A stretch of 64,000 nucleotides of DNA from Squalus acanthias (lineage: Eukaryota), in assembly GCA_030390025.1 (NCBI GenBank), contig CM059432.1, forward strand, positions 116,190,001 through 116,254,000, given 5' to 3'. Both the position numbers and the translations under genes were made by a program. This document shows positions 51,468 through 61,548 of this stretch, in pieces. Below the pieces are notes generated by a model. That model made no database searches. It was not told where the DNA came from and saw nothing but the letters and a program-made list of their open reading frames with translations. The stretch's first letter is position 1. The number at the start of each line of letters is the position of its first letter.

Positions 51468-51694
51468 ATGAGAAGTCGCACAACACCAGGTTATAGTCCA
51501 ACAGATTTATTTAATTTTACAAGCTTTCGGAGCTGTCGCTCCTTCCTCAGGTAAGTAAGACTGCTAACTTACCTGAGGAAGGAGCGACAGCTCCGAAAGC
51601 TTGTAAAATTAAATAAATCTGTTGGACTATAACCTGGTGTTGTGCGACTTCTCATTTTTGTCCACCCCAGTCCAACGCCGGCATCTCCACATCA
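51468..51694. mobile_element. Foldback mini Penelope-like insertion with two hammerhead motifs (51517-51554 on -, 51569-51606 on +)
   Basis: Perfect 93-bp inverted arms 51464-51556 and 51567-51659, 35-nt tail, exact 14-bp TSD gaacctttataaaa at 51454-51467 and 51695-51708. Confidence 0.88.
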
Positions 51695-52415
51695 GAACCT
51701 TTATAAAACATTCGTTTGGCCTCAATTGGAGTATTGTGTCCAGCTTTGGGCACTGCACTTTAGGAATGATGTGACGGCCTTACAGAGGGTGCAGAAAAGA
51801 TTTACGAGAATGATTCCAGGGATGAGGGACTTCAGTTATGTGGATAGACTAGAGAAGCTGGAGTTGTTCTTAGAGCAGAGAAGGTTGAGAAGAGATTTGA
51901 AAGAGGTATTCAAAATCATGAGGGGTCTGGACAGAGTAGATAGAGAGAAACTGTTCCCATTGACAGAAGGGTTGAGAACCAGATGACACAGATTTAAGGT
52001 GATTGGTAAAAGAACCAAAGGCGACATGAGGAAAAACATTTTTACGCAGCGAGTGGTTAGAATCTGGAATGCACTGCCTGAAAGGGTGGTGGAGGCTGAC
52101 TCAACTGTGGCGTTCAAAAGGGAATTGGATAAGTACCTGAAGGAAAAAAAATTGCAGGGCTACGGGGAAAGAGCAGGGGAGTGGGACTAGCTGAAGTGCT
52201 CTTGCAAAGAGCCGGCACGGGCTCGACGGGTCGAATGGCCTCCTTCTGTGCTGTAACCATTCTATGATTCTACGATTCTATGATTAAGATATTTCAAAAT
52301 CTCAGGGTATATATTATTGTAGCCAGCTGAGGAAGATAATGGGGAGAAGGAGAGGTAGGGGCCAATATTTGCCTTAGTGGGGAGTAGGGTTCCAGTGGGT
52401 GATTTCTCATCGTTG

Positions 52416-52871
52416 AGAAAGAAAGACTTGCATTTATATAGCGCCTTTCATGACTACCGGACGTCTCAAAACACTTTACAGCCAATGAAGTACTTTTTGA
52501 AGTGGAGTCACTGTCGTAATGTGGGAAATGCAGCAGCCAAGTTGCGCACAGCAAGCTCCCACAAACAACAATGTGAAAATGACCAGATAATCTGTTTTTG
52601 TTATGTTGATTGAGGGATTAATATTGGCCAGGACACCGGGGGTAACTCCTCTGCTCTTCTTCGAAATGGTGTCATGGGATCTTTTACGTCCACCTGAGAG
52701 AGCAGACGGGGCCTCGGTTTAACATCTCATCCGAAAGACGGCACCTCCGACAGTGCAGCACTCCCTCAGCACTGCACTAGCTTTATGTGCTCAAGTCCTG
52801 GAGTGGAACTCTGAACCCACAACCTTCTGACTCAGAGACGAGTGTGCTACCAACTGAGCCATGGCTGACAC
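52416..52871 (-). mobile_element. tRNA-derived Deu-domain SINE
   Basis: Same family as 4016-4481, small internal deletion. Confidence 0.85.
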
Positions 52872-53535
52872 TGGGGCAGGAAAGGTGCCAGGGAGCGAAT
52901 TTGACTCCAGTTTGTGGGGCTGCAGAAAGTTTTATTTCTACCACTGAGGTGGGGGAGGGGGGGGGGGGAAACGGGGGGATTGCCATTTTGTGTCTTTTAT
53001 CTAAGCAGTTTGAGTTCCCATTGATGCCTCCATGGGGTTGCTCTGTGGGTTTTAGTCAGCATGAATGACAAGTTTGTTTAGTTTGTGGATATTCTCAGTT
53101 GTAGGGTGGCTTTCTAATCTTTGGTGTGGACACAATTACTTGGTGAGCCATTGCTTTGCTTCGCCTCTTGTTCCGTAGTACTGGAACTTTTTTTGTGAAT
53201 GGCTAGGTGCTTGATAATCCTCTCAACTCTGGGTGGCATTGGGGAGGGGAAGGTTTCTTATCTTGGAAGCTTTTCTAGAAGTTGAAATGCTGGTTGTCAG
53301 TAGATGATGAGTATGGAGCACTCCATTTCAAGATTTCAAGCCATGTTCAGCGGTATCCGGCCAAGAGTGTCACTTCTTCGTTTTTTGAGGTCAGTTTTTT
53401 TGATGCTCATTACCTTCACGTTCTTACATTTAAAAACAGTTTTATTTTTTCTTAAAAGCTTTTATCAACCAATTTCCCCTTTCATGATTTCAAAGGTGGC
53501 TTGCTTATTTTTGCTCCAGGTCACCCTGTCATGTT

Positions 53536-53937
53536 GGGGGTTAAATTGGATAAACCCTGAAAACGGGCACAGCGATTAACCCGTGCCCGTTGATTGCACT
53601 GCAGGCAGGACACCAACCTCGTGCTGCCTGCTCATTTCTATGATTTCTGTGTGCAGCCAGCACTCCCCGTGTAGTTCATTGGTTGCACGCATCAGCTGGG
53701 GGGGGGGGGGGGGGGGAGGGGGGCAATATTGTTAGTGCCTAACACTACTTAAATCTAGCCAGTGTCTCTTAAAGGGGAGGTGCATTGTGGCTGGTGGTGG
53801 TGCTGTGATCATTCTGAACATGGTGCTACGAAAGAATCAACAATGGCTGACCATGGGAGAGAGCGTGCATCAAGGTTTTTGGATGCTGCACTGGAGGGCT
53901 TGGTGGAAGAGGTGGAAAGAAGGAGAAATGCCTTGTG
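53536..53937 (+). mobile_element. Harbinger end fragment with start of a Myb gene
   Basis: gggggttaaatt terminus, then MADHGRERASRFLDAALEGLVEEVERRRNAL. Confidence 0.65.
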
Positions 53938-54110
53938 TTGTTCACTTGAGTAGTAACAATTTCAGTCTTCTGGCTATAATCATTTTATTCTTTAACTTCA
54001 GCATAGAAAGCAATTTACAAGCGAAGTATAGTCACAGATAGATCACGCGAGCCTAGGCTCCTTCGTGCTGCTTGAACAAAGGAAAAAGTTCATTTTATAC
54101 ACTGTTTTCT

Positions 54111-54192
54111 GAGTACTTAACTGGCTGTAAAGCGCTTTGGGACATCCGATGGCTGTGAAAGGTGCTATATAAATGCAAGTCTTTCTTTCTTT
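54111..54192 (+). mobile_element. Deu-SINE/L2-type 3' tail fragment
   Basis: ggctgtaaagcgctttgggac..gctatataaatgcaagtctttctttcttt. Confidence 0.7.
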
Positions 54193-55076
54193 ATCAAACT
54201 GGAGTTGGCATTGCCTAAAATGGTAGTCTCTGGCTACTACACAAGTCTACATTTTCTTCAACAGACATCAACAACGTTAGAAGCACGTAAAAACACTCTG
54301 GACTTGCTGTGGTAAGCATAAACCTTCTAGTCTCTAGAATTTCTTATCATACCATAACATTTCTAATCTAAACATTCTATTATGAAAATATCCAAGGCAG
54401 GTTGGTTGCAAACATCAGCTGATGCTAAGTGAAATCTGTATCTCTCTCTCTACCTCTCTCTTTCCAATGATACCAACCACATTTTTTCCCTATATCAAAT
54501 AAACTAAACATGAACACCTTTCAGAAGCTGAATCAATCGGGTTCCAGATGCCAACATCTCGCAGCTTCACTTTATCCCAGAGCACAAAAATGTTCAGAGT
54601 GGGGGCCGGGGTGGGGTGGGGGGTGTTGACATGATCTACAGGTTCTATTCCACCTTTGTTCTCAGTAGGGAGGCCTGTAGCTAACCCCAAGGCCCAGAAA
54701 AATTCTCAGTGAGCAGCGGGATTGTTGCACCTTTTTGCTAAGCACCTGTAAATCTTCTCATTTGATGGGTGGGGATTGGGGGAGCTGCTAGCTGCAGTAA
54801 CCACCAGGGGCTGAAAATCTTGCTCAGTGAGGCGGGTGCATTAGCCGATAGATTTCCCAGAGAGCTGAAAAATGTGTGAGAGTGTGTATTAGTGTGGTGT
54901 GGGGTGCAGCGGGCGGTGTACTATCCACTAGCCCCAAAAATCTTTCTCAGTTGGGGGCTGGGGTAAAGCAGCGTGTTCTCTGCGGCCCAGAAGAACTTCT
55001 CGATGTGGGGTGAGGAGGAAGCTGCAATATGTTCCCCGAGTCTGTAAAATGTTCTAATTGAGGGAGGGAGGCAGTT

Positions 55077-55552
55077 AAAGAAAGAAAGACTTGCATTTAT
55101 ATCACGCCTTTCACGACCACCAGACGTCCCAAAGCGCTTAACAGCCAATGAAGTACTTTTTGAAGTGTAGTCACTGTTGTAATGTAGGAAATGCGGCAGC
55201 CAATTTGCGCACAGCAAGCTCCCACAAACAGCAATGTGATAATGACCAGATAATCTGTTTTAGTGATGTTGATTGAGGGATAAATATTGGCCAGGACACC
55301 GGGGATAACTCCCCTGCTCTTATTCGCAATAGTGCCATAGGATCTTTTACATCCACATGAGAGAACAGACAGGGCCTCGGTTTAAAATCTCATCTGAAAG
55401 ACGGCGCCACCGACAGTGCAGCATTCCCTCCGTACTGCACTGGGAGTGTCAGCCTAGATTTTTGAGCTCAAGTCTCTGGAGTGGAACTATGAACACACAA
55501 CCTTCTGACTCAGAGGCAAGAGATAGTGCTACCCACTGAGCCACGGCTGACA
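55077..55552 (-). mobile_element. tRNA-derived Deu-domain SINE
   Basis: Same family as 4016-4481. Confidence 0.85.
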
Positions 55553-55945
55553 CTTAAGTTAGGTGTGGTAATCTCATTGAGCGCCTGTGCTTAACCCTAA
55601 AGCCAGAACATTTCTCAATGGGGTTATTGGGGGGGAGATGCCTGGTGCAATGACCCAAACCCCTAGAAGTTACTTTTAATAAGCAGTAACAAATAGTTTG
55701 GCCTCACCATGGCACGCACCACCACCTTTCAGGCTAATCGGGCCAGAGTAGGACCCCATTTGAAAGTCACACAAAGCTGGAGCCAATGTAAGGCACACAT
55801 GTTTCTTGCTGCCCTCTCCTGCTTCACTAATTCAGTCATCATGGACATATGTATCCCATCGCAGACAAGGCTAAACTTCTCACACAATTTGGTACTAATT
55901 TCTACCCTGGAAATTGCATAAGGCCAAATCTGGTCTTCCCCCTTC

Positions 55946-56447
55946 TCATAGAATCATAGAAACTTACGGCACAAAAGGAGGCCATTCGGTCCATCGTGTC
56001 TGTGCCGGCCGAAAAAGAGCCATCCAGCCTAATCCCACTTTCCAGCTCTTGGTCCGTAGCCCTGTAGTTTACGGCACTTCAAGTGCATATCCAAGTACTT
56101 TTTAAATGTGATGAGCGTTTCAGCCTCTGAGTTCCAGACCCCCACCACCCGCTGGGTGAAAAACTTTCTCCTCAACTCCCCTCTAATCCTTCTACCAATT
56201 ACTTTAAATCTATGCCCCCTGGTTATTTACCTCTCTGCTAAGGGAAATAGGTCCTTCCTATCCTCTCTATCTAGACCCCTCATAATTTTATACACCTCAA
56301 TTAAGTCTCCCCTCAGCCTCCTCTGTTCCAAACAAAACAACTCCAGCCTATCCAATCTTTCCTCATAGCTAAAATTCTCCAGTCCTGGCAACATCCTCTT
56401 GAATCTCCTCCGTACCCTCTCTAGTGCAATCACATCCTTCCTGTAAT
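55946..56447 (-). mobile_element. CR1 3' end
   Basis: IALERVRRRF..YEERLDRL; ttctatga tail. Confidence 0.88.
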
Positions 56448-57029
56448 TTAATACTCTCTACAATTTTCTTTCACCTCTCCTGAGTGGGGGGGGGGGGTTC
56501 ACACTTTCTCTGTGTGCTATTTGCAGCAAATTTGTAAATATCTATGAGTAAAGAATACGCTTCAGAAAGTGATGTCTCATGATGGCGTACAGTTCCTCAG
56601 GCAATTGCAGCCCTGCAGTGAGTGTCAGTGAGGTATTTGATCTTGGGGAGAATCACAGCCATACCACAGCACTCAGCAGCTACATGCACAGATTTCCCAG
56701 CACAGATCACTGGATATCAATCAGGACCTGGAAATCCGGCTGATTTATTTTCTCTTCCCCCGCCTGGATACAATAAATGCTTCGCATTGCCACCCTGGCC
56801 GACATCAGCTCAGCACATTGACTGAGGCAGCTGTGTTTGGACAGACATTCTTTCATTGAAATTTTAGGTGCTGCTTGGTAGTGGTAGAAAGTGGCTTTCG
56901 TTGCCAAACAGTGTGAGAAAACTGACACTGGGAAAACTATGCACATTTTATAATTTCGCAGGTTCATAAAATATGCAAAAATGGTGTGAACGATGCAAGT
57001 TTTATATGTGGACCCAGGTGGACACAGGC

Positions 57030-57148
57030 ATACTGCACACAGATGTATACATACACACGCACATGCACACATACATGTATACTTATGCATACATGTACAT
57101 GTGTACATTACACACACACATGCACACATACACCCACATGTATACACA
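57030..57148. repeat. Degenerate (CA/TA/TG)n microsatellite, second half at 60156-60305
   Basis: Alternating purine-pyrimidine tract split by CR1 E. Confidence 0.85.
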
Positions 57149-60100
57149 AAAGTAGGGGAATATCTAGGCAATAGTGACCATAATATAATACGCTTTAAGA
57201 TGATAATTGAGAAGGACATAAGTATGATGAAAACCAAGGTAATAGATTGGAGAAAAGCTGATTTTGAGGGGCTGGGAATAGAACTTGGGAAAATAAAGCG
57301 GGCAACAATATTTGCAAACAACGATGTATAACAGCAATGGCAAACATTTAGGGGGAGAAATTTGATTATGCCCCATTTGGGGGCGGTAACCGAAATAGCT
57401 CCAGCCATTTAGCGCCCAGCGCGAGAGTACCGCCCCGGCCGCTAAAGTGGGCTTAGCGCGCCGGCAAGGAAGTGGAGTGCTACCTCGGGCACTCCACTTC
57501 CTCTCGGGGCGATGTCTGGGGCGCAAACCGCGGTAGCGCCGGGGCACTACATGGCTGCTCCACGTAGTGCTGATGCATTTCATTGCCCTTCCCCTTCCGT
57601 TAAAGGGGAGGGACGCTGTGCACTCTGCAGGCCGTTTGATGGCCTCCGCTAGCCCACCAGGGCAGCGTGGTGCCATGGCCACAGCCCGGCACCAAGACGC
57701 AGTGCCGGGCTGGGCAATGGCGGCCACAGCCCACGCCAAGGGCCGCCACGAGGGGCCGACTGGAGGCTGGCCAAAACAATGAAATGGCAGTGCGGGGCGC
57801 AGCTGGGCTTCCCTTTTAATTACCGCCTCGCGAGCGGAGGTTGGCCCGGTTCGTGTCGCAAGGCTGTCGCTGACATCGCCAACGGCAGCTTCGCGTGGTG
57901 CAGCTGAATTTCTGCCGCAGAGTGGTAAGGGGGTCACGTCGCTCAGTGATGACATCATCTCCGGCGGTGCAGCGCCGCGGGGCGCTACTGGCTACCGCCG
58001 CCGCTAACCTCCCACTGAATTTTGCGGGAGGTGTTAGCGGCCCCACACCTGGGTGCTAGGGTATTTGCGCCCCATTAGTAACGAGAGGTGTAAACCAACC
58101 CAATTTTTCCCCCTTAAAACGGTGTTCAACAGAGTGCAGGAAAAATATATTCCGCTCAAAGAACAAACTAAACACTAATGAGACTCCATGGATGAATAAA
58201 GCCATAAGGGAACAATTGAGGGTAAGGAAAGAGGCATACATGTCGACAGCAGGGGAGTGCATGATAAGGGAGAATACAAAGAGATTAGGAGAGAAGTCAA
58301 AAAAACAATTAGGAAGGCAAAGAGGAACTATGAAATTAAATTATTAAGGAACTTAAAACAAAATAATAAAATATTTTACAGGCACATCAATAAAAAAGGA
58401 AGCTTGGGATGGGAATAGGGCCATTAAGGGATAGACAGGATAATACCACAAGTAATGATAGAGAGATGGCAGAAATATTAAATAATTATTTTGCTTCAGT
58501 ATTTACCTGGGAGATAGAACAGGTGGACATGACATTGGATGATGAGATTAGTAATGAGATAAGTGCATTTAAAATAAAAAGAGGGGATATATTAAATAAA
58601 CTAATCAAACTCAAAGAGGATAAAACCCCTGGTGCGGATGGATTGCATCTATGCATTTTAAAAGAATCTAGGGGAGAGATAGCAGAGGCATTACTATACA
58701 TATTTAATAATTCGTTTGAAAAAGGTGTAGTGCCAGAGAACTGGCGGATAGCTAATGTAATACCTATATTTAAGAAGGGGGATAAAACATGTCCAGGGAA
58801 TTATAGACCAGTCAGCTTAACATCAGTGATAGGAAAAATAATGGAATCCCTGCTAAAGGAGAAAATAGAAGAACATCTAGAAACCAAAAACATAGTAATG
58901 GATAGTCAGCATGGATTTCAAAAGGGAAAGTCTTGCTTGACCAACCTCATTGAATTTTTTGAAGAGGTAACAGAGAGAGTAGACAATGGTAATGCAGTAG
59001 ATGTAATATATTTGGATTTTCAAAAGGCCTTCGATAAGGTACCCCATAATATGCTGATGAGCAAGGTCAGAGAATGCGGAGTCAGGGGACAAGTAGTAGA
59101 ATGGATAGCTAGCTGGCTTCAAGACAGAAGCAGAGTCGGAGTAAAGGGTAGCTATTCACAGTGGCAGAAGGTGGGGACCACTGCTGTTCACAATTTATAT
59201 TAACGATTTAGACTTTGGAATCAAAAACACAATTTCTAAATTTGTGGATGACACCAAATTGGGGGGGATAGGCAATACTGAGGAGGACTGCAACAAATTA
59301 CAGGAGGACATTAATAAACTTGCAGAATGGGCATATAATTGGCAAATGAAGCTCAGCACAGATAAATGTGAGGTATTACATTTTGGTAGGAAGAATAGGG
59401 AGGTCACTTATTACTTGGAGTGTGCAAGTCTAGGTGGGGTAGAGGAACAAAGGGATCTCGGAGTACAAATACACAAATCACTAAAGGTTGCGCCACAGGT
59501 TAGCAAGGCCATAAAAAAAGCAAACCAAGCACTAGCGTTTCTTTCTAGAGGTATAGAATTGAAAAGTAGGAAAATTATGCTAAACCTTGGTTTGACCACA
59601 CTTAGAGCACTGCGTACAGTTCTGGTCGCCATATTATAAAAAAGATATAGAGGCACTGGAGAGGGTGCAGAGAAGATTTACAAGGATGATACCAGAAATG
59701 CGAAGGTATACATATCAGGAAAGGATGAACAGGCTGGGTCTCTTTACTCTTTAAAAAAGAAGGCTGAGGGGTGACCAAATAGAGGTCTTTAAAATTATGA
59801 AAGGTTTTGATAGAGTGGATACAGAGAGAATGTTTCTACTTGTGGGGAAGAGCATAACTAGAGGCCATCAATATAAGATAGTCACCAAGAAATCCAATAG
59901 GGAATTCAGAAGAAACTTCTTTACCCAAAGAGTGGTGAGAATGTGGAACTCGCTACCACAGGGAGTGGTTGAAGCGAATAGTATAGATGCATTTAAGGGG
60001 AGGCTGGGCAAGCATATGAGGGAGCAGGGAATAGAGGGTTATGCTGATAGATTTAGATGAGGAAAGACGGGAGGAGGCTCGAGTAGAGCACAGAACATGG

Positions 60101-60155
60101 ACTGGTTAGACCGAATGGCCTGTTCTGTGCTGTATATCCTATGTAATCCTATGTA
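57149..60155 (+). mobile_element. CR1 LINE E, 5'-truncated
   Basis: GEYLGNSDHNIIRF, RT ORF 58409-59203, ORF2 C-terminus, tcctatgtaa tail; internal deletions. Confidence 0.9.
57351..58113. mobile_element. GC/CpG-rich PIF/Harbinger MITE of a distinct family
   Basis: TIRs gggggagaaatt / aatttttccccc; TTA TSD (57348-57350, 58114-58116); CR1 rejoins as caaacattta|aaacgg. Confidence 0.85.
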
Positions 60156-60583
60156 ATACACCCACATGGATATACACACACATACACACAGATGCACACA
60201 CACACACATACACACATGCACATGTACACACACATGTATACATACACACACAGACAAGCACGTGTGCGGCACACACGGAGGCACATGCATACGTGAGCAC
60301 ACACAAACTGTAAATTGACAAGATCATGCAACAGATGGTGAATTATGCCCAAGAGGAACGTAACAAAGATATACTTTTTATCTGTATAAATTTCTGATGT
60401 GGAATCTTGATGACTAGAATCAGCAGATAAAGGGTTAAAATCCCATAGGCGTGTAGGATATTTCTCAACAGAAAAGTCAGCAGCTCAGATGGGACAGATT
60501 GGTTGCAAAGGGCTGCACAAGGTGCAAAATCTTTGGGGAGAGCACAATAGAAATTCCAGGTGTTAATCGCAATTAACGCAAGT

Positions 60584-60960
60584 GGGGTACAGTAGCATAG
60601 TGGCTATGTTACTGGACTAGTAATCTTAGTAGGCCTGGACTAATGATCTGGAGACATGAGTTCAAATCCCACCACAGCAGCTGGGGAATTTAAATTCAGT
60701 TAATTAAATAAATCTGGAATAAAAAGCTAGTATCAGTAATGATAATCAAGAAACTACTGGATTGTCATAAAAACCCATCTGATTCACAAATGTCCTTCAG
60801 GAAATCTGCTGTCCTTACCTGGTTGGCCTATATGTGACTCCAGACCCACAGCAATGTGGTTGACTCTTAACTGCCCTCTGTGGTTCAAGAAGGCAGCTCA
60901 CCACCTTCTCAAGGGCAATTAGGGATGAGCAATAAATGCTGATCCTGGAATGAAAAAAAA
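60584..60960 (+). mobile_element. Second tRNA-derived SINE family
   Basis: A-box-like tagcatagtgg, B-box-like gagttcaaatccc; 3' end matches the tail of the LINE at 44995-47530. Confidence 0.75.
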
Positions 60961-61548
60961 ATGGCTGGAGCCCTCAGACTCAATCAAAGAAATCTTTGGT
61001 GTTATGAAAGATTGGCTATCCACTTGAGGGATAGCCAATGTAATTATGAATGATATAGTCATTTGTTTCTGTATAACCTCAAAGTGGTTTAGATCATAGT
61101 TCGCCTGAGGAAGCAGTCTAGCATCAGTTATCAGTTTTGCAGCCAGCATGAAGAGCTTTGTACCAACCATTTGAGCTCTGAGCCTGTGATATGTTCCACC
61201 AACCAATAAAGGAGTTTATATTTTAAAGCTGACGGTAAAAAGAAAGCCAAAATATGTATCAAGGAGAGTAGAGAAGTGCCTGATTCACGGTTTACTGTTC
61301 ACCATGATAAATAAAACCATGAGTTGGCTTGCAGCCTGAGCTTTGGTCTAGTAAGAGTATATATTCAGCCTTGTTTTTGAAGAGAGAATCATGGCGTGCC
61401 CCATAATACATTCTAGTAGCTGGTATATGGAGTAAGAGTACGCTGCTACGATCCTTGGATCTTGCTATTGCTTACCTAGATATTGGGCAGTGTTAAGGCA
61501 CACTCTGAATTGTAGGGGAGCTTGGTTCACTTACGGGAGTGGCTGGTA

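Larger units (their letters stand above)
47531..52285 (+). mobile_element. CR1 LINE D (ORF1 end to tail) carrying four nested insertions
   Basis: DGLHLNRAGTN..EGLN*, EN and RT fragments, ttctatga tail; interrupted at 47967, about 49960, 50741 and 51468. Confidence 0.9.

Noticed and set aside
53697..53723. Long G run as a functional G-quadruplex (also 52948-52978 and 56485-56497)
   Set aside because: Simple homopolymer expansions, at least one inside a repeat remnant, and prone to sequencing error.
56707..57958. Long ORFs of 233 and 264 aa (also 23439-24143 and 33689-34111)
   Set aside because: They span microsatellite, GC-rich MITE or antisense CR1 sequence and show no protein motifs.
61011..61039. 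11-bp stem, 7-nt loop hairpin attggctatcc/ggatagccaat
   Set aside because: Short and isolated; plausible by chance, with no supporting context.
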